Shown in pieces: positions 20,858 through 30,044 of a DNA stretch of 64,000 nucleotides. A program made the translations under genes and the position numbers. How positions within the stretch are numbered: position 1 is the first letter of the stretch; every line of letters starts with the position of its first letter. The notes beneath the pieces are model-generated. The model was not told the DNA's origin and made no database searches. It worked only from the letters and a program-made list of their open reading frames with translations. Location: NCBI GenBank assembly GCA_947085875.1, contig CAMTYG010000024.1:6148-70147 (forward strand), in the 5' to 3' direction. This DNA is from an uncultured Sulfuricella sp. (GTDB lineage Bacteria; Pseudomonadota; Gammaproteobacteria; Burkholderiales; Sulfuricellaceae).

Positions 20858-21594
20858 TGGCACACCAGAAGACAGAGGGCAGAAGACAGATGACAGAGGT
20901 TTTGTTGCCGCTGCGCGGCAATCTTTCAATAAAGGTGCGGCGCAGCCGCTCAACAATCTGTCTTCTGTCTTCTGCCCTCTGTCTGCTGGTGCAGCAAGCC
21001 AGCGCGGAAACAGAATTGGAAAGATCAAACCGGATTCTCGGTGAGATTAACGAGCGCGTTGTTAATCAATATCGCGCATCTGCGCCTGATGTAACCGCAT
21101 TGCCTAAACCGGCGACCACCGCAAACCCGGCAGACCTGGCAAAGCAATTCCGCCGGTCGCCCATACAAACAAAGCCAGCAACACCAGAGATGATGATCTT
21201 TGTGTCGTTCTCGATGCCGCGAGAAAGTCTGCGGCGCATCGTCGAACAATCGGAAATAACCGGCGCGCGGCTGATTTTCCGGGGTTTCAAAGGCGACAAG
21301 ATGACCGACATGGCAGCGCGCATCAGTGCGCTGCTGGGCAAGCACCATGTCGAAGCGGTCATCCATCCGCCCGCATTTACGCAGTTCAAGGTTAATCAGG
21401 TGCCCGCGCTGGTGCTCGCTCAATCCGATGCCGGCGATCGACTGGGCAACGGCTGTGCCCAACCGGATCGCTACGTGAAGGTCACTGGCGATGTCAGTCA
21501 GGACTACGCGCTGGAATACATCGAGCGCACGTCACCGCAATGGGCGGCGACCGCGCGCCTGTTTGGCGACAAGATCAAGGTGGATCAGCAGTGA
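20857..21594 (+). CDS. trbC: Type-F pilin assembly protein TrbC
   Basis: IFVSFSMP, FRGF, HPPAFTQFKVNQVPALV, GDVSQDYALE; ATG overlaps the traU stop. Confidence 0.88.
   Translation: MAHQKTEGRRQMTEVLLPLRGNLSIKVRRSRSTICLLSSALCLLVQQASAETELERSNRILGEINERVVNQYRASAPDVTALPKPATTANPADLAKQFRRSPIQTKPATPEMMIFVSFSMPRESLRRIVEQSEITGARLIFRGFKGDKMTDMAARISALLGKHHVEAVIHPPAFTQFKVNQVPALVLAQSDAGDRLGNGCAQPDRYVKVTGDVSQDYALEYIERTSPQWAATARLFGDKIKVDQQ
20870..20984. repeat. ~115-bp imperfect palindrome with heptamer-repeat arms in the 5' end of trbC
   Basis: AGACAGAGGGCAGAAGACAGATGACAGA (20870-20897) matches the reverse complement of 20957-20984 at 27/28. Confidence 0.85.
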
Positions 21595-22700
21595 GAACAA
21601 GGTGCAGAAAATTTGCCATGTCCTTGTGTCTCATGCTCCTGTATCTGGGTGGCGCAATCCCGGCGCTGTCACACGCCGCCACACCCGTGGAACAGGCGTT
21701 CATAGACGGTCAAGCAACCGCGCAAAGCGCCACACCCCGTGCCTCGACAAACATCACCAACGGCACGATAGCGACCACGGTCAACAGCTTCAATCCGAGC
21801 TACTACAATTTCAGTAGCAGCGCGCCGGAAGCGGGCTATTTCATGGGAGGAAACGGAGACACGACCACGCCAGGGGCGGGGAAAGTGACGGCCTGTCAGA
21901 CCGGCCCGGTCAACCCAAACGCTTTCCTTCAGCAAAACTGCGAAGCCATCAATTACATGGCGCGGAACCCGGCAATCCGGCCACAGTTCACCCTCACCCC
22001 CGGCGATCCGAATGTCGCGAGAACGAGAAGCATAGAAGCCAATCCAGCGACACTGGCGGCAAACTCATTGGGGTATGCCAGCCCGTCCGCAATCGGGGCG
22101 TTTACCGGATGCACGACTCAAACCATCACCACGCCGCCAACCTACACCACAGAAGTCTGCAACGAGTACCTGAATGCAACCAGTCAGATGTGTACGGTCG
22201 GGCGCACGATTGTGGTGGATGCCGATGCCAACTACCAGTGTGGCCAGACAGCAAAAAGCTACGAGACGCTTACCTGCGGGAAATGGAAGAATGCTTCTGT
22301 GACAAATAGCTGCACCTCACAATGGGTATCTCGAACATTTAATCCACCGACAGGCCCGACGGGACACGTATTGAGTACCTACGATGATTTACGTAACGGG
22401 CCGGGAGGGGTGTGTGCGATGCTTTGGCCCGGCTCTTCACCAGTAAGTGCATCATGTTACCCGCCTCCTGCAATGACTTGCGACGGGGAGGGGGTTTGTT
22501 GGCAGACCTCTGCTCACGGTGGTTGCGATCATTTGCATAACGGAGGATGGTTTTATTCCAGCTCATGTTACGACCAACAATGGTGTAGTGGTGATGGGAT
22601 AGCATCAATAACCTGCCAGAAGCTGGAAACAGTGTGCAACCCTGTGGTAACAATAACGCTGGTTAATGGGTGCTCAACCTTGGAGGCAAGGGCACAATGA
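21591..22700 (+). CDS. TraN N-terminal-like Cys-rich exported protein
   Basis: Signal peptide, CEAINYM and many Cys; lies between trbC and the traN core. Confidence 0.65.
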   Translation: MRTRCRKFAMSLCLMLLYLGGAIPALSHAATPVEQAFIDGQATAQSATPRASTNITNGTIATTVNSFNPSYYNFSSSAPEAGYFMGGNGDTTTPGAGKVTACQTGPVNPNAFLQQNCEAINYMARNPAIRPQFTLTPGDPNVARTRSIEANPATLAANSLGYASPSAIGAFTGCTTQTITTPPTYTTEVCNEYLNATSQMCTVGRTIVVDADANYQCGQTAKSYETLTCGKWKNASVTNSCTSQWVSRTFNPPTGPTGHVLSTYDDLRNGPGGVCAMLWPGSSPVSASCYPPPAMTCDGEGVCWQTSAHGGCDHLHNGGWFYSSSCYDQQWCSGDGIASITCQKLETVCNPVVTITLVNGCSTLEARAQ

Positions 22701-24310
22701 AAAAGCTGCTCTTTCTGCTGATTCTCGCCGTTATCCAGAACGCATTCGCGGCAGATTGTCAGAAAACCAGCGCCGTCTGTGTTGACGTTACGCCAAGCAA
22801 GAACATTTCTGGCGTAACGGTCACACTGGCCCAGGTAGGCGGGTGCTGGCAGTACACCGACACCTACAACTGCATCAAACCCAACGCGGTCGATTATTGT
22901 TCTGCCTTCAGGCAAATTCCGGGGTGCTGGCAAACCGACTCGACGTGTGCCGTTACCGACACCACGTTTGGCACCGGCTGCATGCAATGGGATAACACAT
23001 GGCGGTGTGGCGACCCGGCGTTACCCACGCCACCGAACACGATAAGAGTGGGCGACAGCTATACCATCGCGACTGATACCCTGAATAACACCCAGTGCCA
23101 AACGTACACAGACAACCCAAGCTGCGTGATTGCGTCGCACACCTGCGTAGAGCCAGCGGCAACCCGTCTCATTAACGGATTGCCGGTATATCGGGACTGC
23201 TGGAGCTGGCAAGACGACTATTCGTGTCTGGGGACGCAGCAAACGGACTGCGGCGCATTGCAGGCCAAAGGATGCACGCTCAGCTCATCGCAATGCCTTG
23301 AAACAGCATTCAATGGCCAGTGCAGTCTCACCGAAAAAATCTATAGTTGCCAAAGCGCGCCCGGATCATCTTCCACCGTTACAGATTGCGGCGGAAGCAA
23401 ATACTGCACAGGCGGCAACTGTTTCAATACCGGTCATGTACCCGACACGGATTTCGCGCAAACAGCCGCCATGATGGAAGCCATGCGTCAGGCCGGGAAC
23501 TACATGGATGCCGCGAGCCTGCGCATATTTGGAGGGCAGGGGGCTAGTTGCACAAAAAAACTGTTTGGTCTGGTCAACTGCTGCAAGGGGAGTGGCGGAG
23601 GCGCGGCATTAAACAATGCCTCTATCATGGGGTTTGCCGTGAGTGCCGGTGGGCAGGGCTTGAAATACGGTAGCAGCTACATGTATGACGCGCTGTACGA
23701 CAACTTCCATATTGTGCGTGGGCTGGATTCTGCGCTTGCCTCCACCCCGATCGGGTCGCTCTCCGGCGGCTCGTCGCTGCCATTTAGCCCGTCATTTTCT
23801 CTTTACGGGTTTACTGCAACGTGGGGAGCCGTGCCGGGGGCACTGGGTTCAATTGGCGGGATCAGTTTTGCCTTCGACCCCACCACACTCGCGATCCAGG
23901 TGGGGCTGATGATTCTTCAAGAGCTCCTGTCGTGCGACCAGCAAGAAAAAATGCTCGCCATGAAAAAAGGACAGAACCTGTGCCGCTTCACCGGAAGTTA
24001 TTGCTCATCCAAGATTCCGATTATAAAAGTCTGTATAGAGAAAACAGAAACGTATTGCTGCTTCAATTCCCGCCTGGCGAGGATTATCAACACATCGGGC
24101 GGGGCGCAAATTGGAAAGGCCGCATCGGACTGCACGGGCTTTACGCCAGACGAGTTTGCCAGTCTGGATTTTTCGAGAATTGACCTGACCGAATTCACTA
24201 ACGAGATTATGGCGAACGTGAAAATGCCAAGCGCAACCGCCATCAACACCGACAGCACTGCCACCATGCAGCGCAAGCTGAACAACTACTACACGCGAGG
24301 TCGCCAATGA
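22697..24310 (+). CDS. traN: Mating-pair stabilisation protein TraN (core/C-terminal part)
   Basis: Signal peptide, IFGG..C..NCC, YCCFNSRLARII, DFSRIDLTEF. Confidence 0.9.
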   Translation: MKKLLFLLILAVIQNAFAADCQKTSAVCVDVTPSKNISGVTVTLAQVGGCWQYTDTYNCIKPNAVDYCSAFRQIPGCWQTDSTCAVTDTTFGTGCMQWDNTWRCGDPALPTPPNTIRVGDSYTIATDTLNNTQCQTYTDNPSCVIASHTCVEPAATRLINGLPVYRDCWSWQDDYSCLGTQQTDCGALQAKGCTLSSSQCLETAFNGQCSLTEKIYSCQSAPGSSSTVTDCGGSKYCTGGNCFNTGHVPDTDFAQTAAMMEAMRQAGNYMDAASLRIFGGQGASCTKKLFGLVNCCKGSGGGAALNNASIMGFAVSAGGQGLKYGSSYMYDALYDNFHIVRGLDSALASTPIGSLSGGSSLPFSPSFSLYGFTATWGAVPGALGSIGGISFAFDPTTLAIQVGLMILQELLSCDQQEKMLAMKKGQNLCRFTGSYCSSKIPIIKVCIEKTETYCCFNSRLARIINTSGGAQIGKAASDCTGFTPDEFASLDFSRIDLTEFTNEIMANVKMPSATAINTDSTATMQRKLNNYYTRGRQ

Positions 24311-24705
24311 TCGCATCGAGACACTTCATCACCATCGCCACACTTGCACTTGTGGCAACCACGGCGAGCGCAGCAGAAGGATTTAGCGTGAAGACGTTGC
24401 TCATGCAGGCCTTGAATGCGCCAGACGGCAAAGCCAAAGGAATTGTGGCAGGCAAGGAGGCCGATGCAATTCACGCCGCAACCGGCGCATCCGATCCGGT
24501 CAGAGCAGAGGTATCAACGATCAAGAAATTCAACCAGGAAGGGTGCAGCCGCCTCGCAGTCAAACTGGTGCAACCGAACGCGCCAACCAAAGAGGGCGGT
24601 AGAACGGACTTTGCGCTGAATTACGAACTGAATTTATGCCGAAATGGTTTGCCGCCGAGTGAGGGGATTGATTTGGGGAAGGCCGCAAAGGTTTTAGGCA
24701 ATTGA
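24307..24705 (+). CDS. Exported hypothetical protein of the transfer region
   Basis: Signal peptide (ASA-A), two Cys, ATGA overlap with traN. Confidence 0.7.
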   Translation: MIASRHFITIATLALVATTASAAEGFSVKTLLMQALNAPDGKAKGIVAGKEADAIHAATGASDPVRAEVSTIKKFNQEGCSRLAVKLVQPNAPTKEGGRTDFALNYELNLCRNGLPPSEGIDLGKAAKVLGN

Positions 24706-24708
24706 CAA

Positions 24709-24770
24709 CTTCATCCAGGTTTGATGCAGCATGCACGTGCCGCATGGGAAGCGGCTCAAGCAAATTGACA
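24709..24770 (+). repeat. 62-bp direct repeat, copy 1 (3' end of a toxin-like gene)
   Basis: 57/62 identical to 26080-26141. Confidence 0.9.
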
Positions 24771-24880
24771 ATAGCCCTTCCAAAAATGAAGGTGGCTCTT
24801 GCGGTGTTCCCAACAACAAAGTATCAAACCGTTATCATTTGATGTATAATAAACTATTAAATGACAGTATGGAGATTGAA

Positions 24881-25324
24881 ATGACTGCGACCAGCGCCAT
24901 TACGCGTAAGTTTCCAGAAGGGTTTAGCCAATGGAAAACGAAATTGGCCAAGGCCAATCCCGGCGCGCGGATCAAGATCGTTCGCGCAGGTGTGTCGCCC
25001 CTCGTATTGGTTTCGGCCAGCGAACACTTCGGCATGCCGCGTAACCTGTTTGCCAAGCTACTCGGCATCTCGCCAGCTACAGCCGAACGCAAAATCAAGG
25101 CCGGTAGCCTGTTAGGGCAAACCGAAACAGAGCGTCTGGAGCGTATTGCGCTGATTGAGAATGAGGCTGATAAAGTGTTTGGCGCGTCCGACAAGGCGCT
25201 CGACTGGTTGACTAAAAACAATGCCGCGCTGGGTGTCACTCCGCTATCCATGCTGGACACTGAAACAGGGGCAGGCGAAGTACGCAAGGTGTTGTCAGCT
25301 ATTGCCTATGGTGGCGCGGTTTAA
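24881..25324 (+). CDS. Xre/MbcA/ParS-family antitoxin
   Basis: HTH LLGISPATAERK; C-terminal WL..N.ALG..PLSMLDTETG..V...L.AIAYG; RBS GGAG. Confidence 0.88.
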   Translation: MTATSAITRKFPEGFSQWKTKLAKANPGARIKIVRAGVSPLVLVSASEHFGMPRNLFAKLLGISPATAERKIKAGSLLGQTETERLERIALIENEADKVFGASDKALDWLTKNNAALGVTPLSMLDTETGAGEVRKVLSAIAYGGAV

Positions 25325-25782
25325 TGCAGGCTTGGCGGATCGCTAAACGGGCTTACGCGCTTGATCGTCAAGGAACTGGCGCGCACTTGTCCGGCGGACG
25401 CTGGAATTCGCCCGGTGTAGCTGCCGTCTATGCGGGGCTGACACCCGAGATCGCAGCTATGGAGAAGCTGGTTCATACCGGAGCGTTATTGCCGCAGGAT
25501 CTGGTGCTGGCCGTGCTTGATCTTCCAGACGATCATGGCCTGTACCAGCGTTATACGGTCAAGGATTTGCCCGCAGGCTGGGATGCTCTACCCAGTTCGA
25601 CGGCTGCAATAGCGCTTGGCGACCAGTTCCTGCTTGCGGCTTCACATCTGGGACTGATGGTGCCTTCGGCAGTCATGCCGGAAGCTTTCAACATCGTCCT
25701 GAACCCCAATCACCCGGCGTTTGCCGCCGTCACCATCAACGTCGTTCGACCGTTCGAGTTTGATTCCAGATTGCTCGGTTGA
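25324..25782 (+). CDS. RES-domain toxin (NAD+ phosphorylase family)
   Basis: WRI, GGRWN, E in AMEKLVH, VPSAV, NIVLNP. Confidence 0.9.
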   Translation: MQAWRIAKRAYALDRQGTGAHLSGGRWNSPGVAAVYAGLTPEIAAMEKLVHTGALLPQDLVLAVLDLPDDHGLYQRYTVKDLPAGWDALPSSTAAIALGDQFLLAASHLGLMVPSAVMPEAFNIVLNPNHPAFAAVTINVVRPFEFDSRLLG

Positions 25783-25825
25783 GTCTAATAATCATCTTGG
25801 ATGTGCCACCTAACTTGCCCAGCAA

Positions 25826-26139
25826 CCTTTAATCGTCAAGGTATTTGACGATCAGGCGCCCCATTTCATTGTATTGGTGGCCTACGGCACCAGCCAGAAA
25901 ACTGACCAACTCCGCTCGGGAGAATTCCTTATCGCTGGCCATGAGACGGCGGCGTACCAGCTCGCAGGCTTAAGCTACTCAACAAAATTCTGTTTCCATA
26001 ACACAGTTGAACTGCCATACAGCAGCGAATGGTTCAAGGTGCCTGGCGCACCAAACGGCCAAACACCAAAGCTCGGGTGCTTCATCCAAGTTTGATGCAG
26101 CTTGTACGTGCCGCCTGGGAAGCGGCTCAAGCAAGTTGA
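25826..26139 (+). pseudogene. 5'-truncated, frameshifted PemK/MazF-like toxin remnant
   Basis: LIVKVFDD...VAYGTSQKT...AGL..STKF...PKLG continues as LHPSLMQLVRAAWEAAQAS* after a frame change at ~26075; no start codon or N-terminus. Confidence 0.55.
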
Positions 26140-26141
26140 CA
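26080..26141 (+). repeat. 62-bp direct repeat, copy 2
   Basis: Matches 24709-24770. Confidence 0.9.
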
Positions 26142-26239
26142 GCACGCTCGGTGCGCGATACATGGAGCAAAAACTGCACTGATTGAAGCTGCAACACTGC
26201 GACCGATGAGTTTTTCGACGTGCTCAGCGCCGATTGTGA

Positions 26240-26495
26240 ACGGCGGTCGAAATCCGCGTAAATCTGGCGCAGCGTTTTTTTCGGGCACAAAAAATGCTTT
26301 CATAGCGTGACAAAAATCCGCCCCGTAGCCGGGTCAAGGGCAGGCTGCGGCCTTATGCAGACTGGCGAAGCGCACCCTTGATGCGGTGTAGGGGCAATAC
26401 GATAGTGCATGGCAGTAAGTGCGGCAGTTTCGCGCTTACTGCCATGCTGACAAGGGCTTTTCTCCGCCAGATTTAGGCGGATTTACGCCGCCGCC
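26240..26495. promoter_or_regulatory. Nested inverted-repeat structure; candidate ssDNA promoter/ssi (Frpo-like) or oriT
   Basis: Outer arms 26250-26269/26465-26484 (19/20); inner GTCAAGGG...CCCTTGAT stem 26321-26394; hairpin 26407-26447 (16/17). Confidence 0.5.
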
Positions 26496-26746
26496 AACAC
26501 CGATTTCGAATGCCTTGATGCCGAAATGCTGGCGCTCAACGAACATCACCGCACGTTTCCCGGTTTGCACGACAGATGGCAAGTATTGAGGAAAAAATGA
26601 CTGAGGCACCCATTAGCACGCCACCGCAAGCGTACATGGACATCATTGATGGATGAAATTCGATTCCCTCTTTTTTGTCTTCCAATGGCGTAGAGTATGT
26701 TTTAGAAAATGTCATGACGAGGGCGTTCGACTATTGGAGAATAATA

Positions 26747-28705
26747 ATGGCTGGAGTGAATAGATCAAAGTTGGTGCGAATGACGATACGTAATATCGGT
26801 TGTATCGGCAATGAAGGTTTGGAAATTGAACTGGACAATATTGTCTGCCTGGTAGGAAAAAATAATTCAGGAAAATCGACCATCCTACGAGCCTATGAAC
26901 TTGCGAAAGGCTCCATCCCGTTCGTGCCTTCACGCGACCGTTACCAGCACGCGAATGAGGATCAACCTTCCGAAATATTTTTAGAGGTTCACATTCCAGA
27001 TGGTATTGGAAACGTTGATGCGAAATGGAAAACCGAGTTGGATGGCTTGCTGATCGTAAAAAGCCGATGGCAGTGGATTGCGCCCGACTTTCAGAAGGTA
27101 CGCACGACCTGGGATCCTAATGGGGGCGAGGATGGAATTGGGGATTGGGCAGCGGATGGCAAAGCAGGTGGTGCCGACCCGGTGTTCAGCTCTCGACTTC
27201 CTCGACCTCTTCATATCGGTTCACTCGATGATGCCGAAAAAACCGAGGAGATGCTCCTGACTCTTGCATTAACCCCACTTCTCGCAAACTTAGAGAAAGA
27301 ACGAACAAATGCCGAATCCCCTCTTGCGAAGGCAATTGCTAGCGTAACTTGTCAAATAGATAGCCTCAGCAAGACTCATAAAGAGCACTTTAACCAGATT
27401 GCAGGTCGCGTTACCACCGGCTTCCAAGGAGTTTTTCCAAAGTTGGATGTCAGATTGGATATTGCCGCAGCCCCTCTCGTTCCAAAAGTTGCTGATCTTG
27501 TAAAGAATGGCTCCGGTCTTAGGATAAAGGATGGCAAGGCCGACACATCTCTCAGTCAACAGGGTACAGGCGCACGCCGTGCCCTGTTCTGGGCAATGCT
27601 GCAAGTTCACAACGAGCTCACGCGTGACAAGGAACTTCGTGATGAATATCGCAAGAAGGTGAAGAAGACTTTTGATGACGAGGAAAAGAAAAAGAGTAAA
27701 AAAGTTACCACGGAGCAGTTAGCGGAAATTGAAGCGAGAATCGAGGAAATCACGGCACAACTCGCCGCACACGATGAAGGTGCCCCAATTCCAGAAAGCC
27801 CAGACGATCCAGCGTTTCCTGGCTATCTCTTGCTGATTGACGAGCCGGAGAATGCCCTTCACCCCATGGCCGCCCGAGCAGCGCAACGCCACCTGTACAA
27901 GCTCGCGGAAAGCCCGGATTGGCAGGTGATGATGACTACGCATTCCCCATACTTCATCAATCCGTTTGAAGATCACACGACCATTGTACGACTCGAACGT
28001 GCGATGGACAAAGACGACTCACCTATCGAGCCTAAGACCTATCGCTCAGATTCAATCAAGTTTAATGAGGGCGACAAGCGACGACTACAAGCACTCCAGC
28101 ACATTGATCCAAGCTTGGCGGAAATCTTCTTTGGCTCATATCCTGTCCTTGTTGAAGGCGATACTGAGCATGCGGCTTTCATGGCAGCCATCATCGAGAA
28201 ACAGCATGAACTGATGGAGCGGGTCGCGGTAATACGTGCCCGAGGCAAGGCAATTCTTGTACCGATTATCTCTGTTATGAAGCATTTTAAAATCGACTTT
28301 GGTATCGTTCATGACGCCGATTCTCCTTTCAAAAAAAACGGGGACAAAAACGGTATGTGGACAGAAAATGGCAAAATTCGCGATGCTATAAAGCAGTCTC
28401 GCGAAGCTGGTGTGATCGTTCGGCATAGAGTGAGCATTCCTGACTTTGAGCGTTTTATGGGCGGAGACGAAGAGTCGAAAGACAAGCCTTTAAATGCGTA
28501 CCAGAGCATTTCTGATAACACAGAGCTAGCCAAGATGGTACAGAAATTGCTGAACGACTTGTTGAACAGCGAACAGCATGAGCCGTTTCCTGATAAGGTA
28601 CTCGCACCCGACGGAGACTATCTCGATGTGCTTTGCACTGAAGTGATGAAGTGGGCAGTTGCCAGCGGACAAGAGAATGAAATCCGATTCAAAGGAAAGG
28701 TATAA
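26747..28705 (+). CDS. OLD-family ATP-dependent nuclease (ABC ATPase + TOPRIM)
   Basis: GKNNSGKS, QQGTG, IDEPENALHP, TTHSP, LVEGDTE, VHDAD; RBS GGAG before ATG 26747. Confidence 0.9.
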   Translation: MAGVNRSKLVRMTIRNIGCIGNEGLEIELDNIVCLVGKNNSGKSTILRAYELAKGSIPFVPSRDRYQHANEDQPSEIFLEVHIPDGIGNVDAKWKTELDGLLIVKSRWQWIAPDFQKVRTTWDPNGGEDGIGDWAADGKAGGADPVFSSRLPRPLHIGSLDDAEKTEEMLLTLALTPLLANLEKERTNAESPLAKAIASVTCQIDSLSKTHKEHFNQIAGRVTTGFQGVFPKLDVRLDIAAAPLVPKVADLVKNGSGLRIKDGKADTSLSQQGTGARRALFWAMLQVHNELTRDKELRDEYRKKVKKTFDDEEKKKSKKVTTEQLAEIEARIEEITAQLAAHDEGAPIPESPDDPAFPGYLLLIDEPENALHPMAARAAQRHLYKLAESPDWQVMMTTHSPYFINPFEDHTTIVRLERAMDKDDSPIEPKTYRSDSIKFNEGDKRRLQALQHIDPSLAEIFFGSYPVLVEGDTEHAAFMAAIIEKQHELMERVAVIRARGKAILVPIISVMKHFKIDFGIVHDADSPFKKNGDKNGMWTENGKIRDAIKQSREAGVIVRHRVSIPDFERFMGGDEESKDKPLNAYQSISDNTELAKMVQKLLNDLLNSEQHEPFPDKVLAPDGDYLDVLCTEVMKWAVASGQENEIRFKGKV

Positions 28706-28805
28706 GCAGGAAGGCACCCCATGCCAAAATACCGGCTACACGATTTGGTGTGACATATTAGGCGACCGCCACCCAACACCATACATCACGAACGGACGAT
28801 GACCC

Positions 28806-30044
28806 ATGCGCTTCTTGCACACATCGGACTGGCATCTGGGGCAGACCCTGCACAGTTTCGAGCGAACCTACGAGCATCAGTGCTTCCTCGATTGGCTACT
28901 CGACACCATCACCACTGAACAGGCGGAAGGATTGCTTATCTCCGGTGACATTTTCGACAACGCAAATCCATCCGCCGCATCGCAAAAACAGCTCTACCGT
29001 TTTCTGCAACAAGCAAAAATGCGTGTGCCGCACCTCAATATTATCATCATTGCAGGCAATCACGACTCACCTGGAAGGCTGGAAGCACCGGGGCCGCTGC
29101 TGGAAGAATTCGATACAACCGTGGTGGGACATATTCGGCGCGCAGCCGATGGCAACATTGATCTCAGTCAGCTAGTTGTACCTTTGCAAAATCGGGATGG
29201 AGCCATCGCGGCCTGGTGTTTGGCAATTCCCTTTCTGCGCCCCGGTGATGTGCCGCGCGTCGAAACGGAAGGCGATGCTTATATGGAAGGTATTGCACTG
29301 CTTTATGCTCAGGCACTCGAATTGGCATTGGCACGTCGCCAACCGGGGCAAGCCATTTTGGCGCTCGGGCATTGTCACATGGCTGGTGGCGAAGTATCGG
29401 CAGAATCTGAACGGCGCATCGTGATCGGAGGTGCTGAAGCACTCTCTGCCGCCATCTTCGATCCAACCATCGCGTATGCTGCGCTTGGGCATTTGCATCG
29501 AGCCCAATGCGTGGGGAAGCAGGAGCATCTGCGTTATTGCGGCAGTCCGCTACCTTTGTCATTTGCGGAGATCGACTATGCTCACCAGATTTTACGCGTT
29601 GATCTGGATGGGGAATCGGTTCAGTCCATCACCGCAATTCCAGTGCCTCGTGCAGTTGAATTATTGCGTATACCCAAGAAACCCGCACCTGTTGACGAGG
29701 TGCTGGCCGCCCTGGAGGCGCTCGAACTGCCTGCGCAATCCGACGTGTTCTCACATCCCTATCTGGAGGTGCGTGTGCTGCTGGAAACCCCCGAACCAGG
29801 TCTGCGTGCCCGTGTTGAGGCGGCACTTGAGAACAAACCCGTTCGCCTTGCCAAGATTGAAACCAGCGTCGATCACAAAATATCTGGGGTGGTTGCACCG
29901 ATGTCACTCGATGATCTGAATCGATTGCAGCCTGAGGATATATTTCAGCGGCTCTACCAAAGTAAATACGGCAGCGAGGCACCACCGGAACAACTCGCCG
30001 CATTTGCCGAGTTGTTGCTCGAACCATCCGAAGGTGTCGTTTAA
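28806..30044 (+). CDS. sbcD: SbcD/Mre11-type nuclease
   Basis: LHTSDWHLG, SGDIFD, AGNHDS, LGHLH. Confidence 0.93.
   Translation: MRFLHTSDWHLGQTLHSFERTYEHQCFLDWLLDTITTEQAEGLLISGDIFDNANPSAASQKQLYRFLQQAKMRVPHLNIIIIAGNHDSPGRLEAPGPLLEEFDTTVVGHIRRAADGNIDLSQLVVPLQNRDGAIAAWCLAIPFLRPGDVPRVETEGDAYMEGIALLYAQALELALARRQPGQAILALGHCHMAGGEVSAESERRIVIGGAEALSAAIFDPTIAYAALGHLHRAQCVGKQEHLRYCGSPLPLSFAEIDYAHQILRVDLDGESVQSITAIPVPRAVELLRIPKKPAPVDEVLAALEALELPAQSDVFSHPYLEVRVLLETPEPGLRARVEAALENKPVRLAKIETSVDHKISGVVAPMSLDDLNRLQPEDIFQRLYQSKYGSEAPPEQLAAFAELLLEPSEGVV

Noticed and set aside
26747-28705. Gabija system
   Set aside because: No adjacent UvrD-like GajB.
28721-28753. RBS plus 10-codon ORF (MPKYRLHDLV) after OLD
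   Set aside because: Too short to support; at most a scar of a deleted gene.
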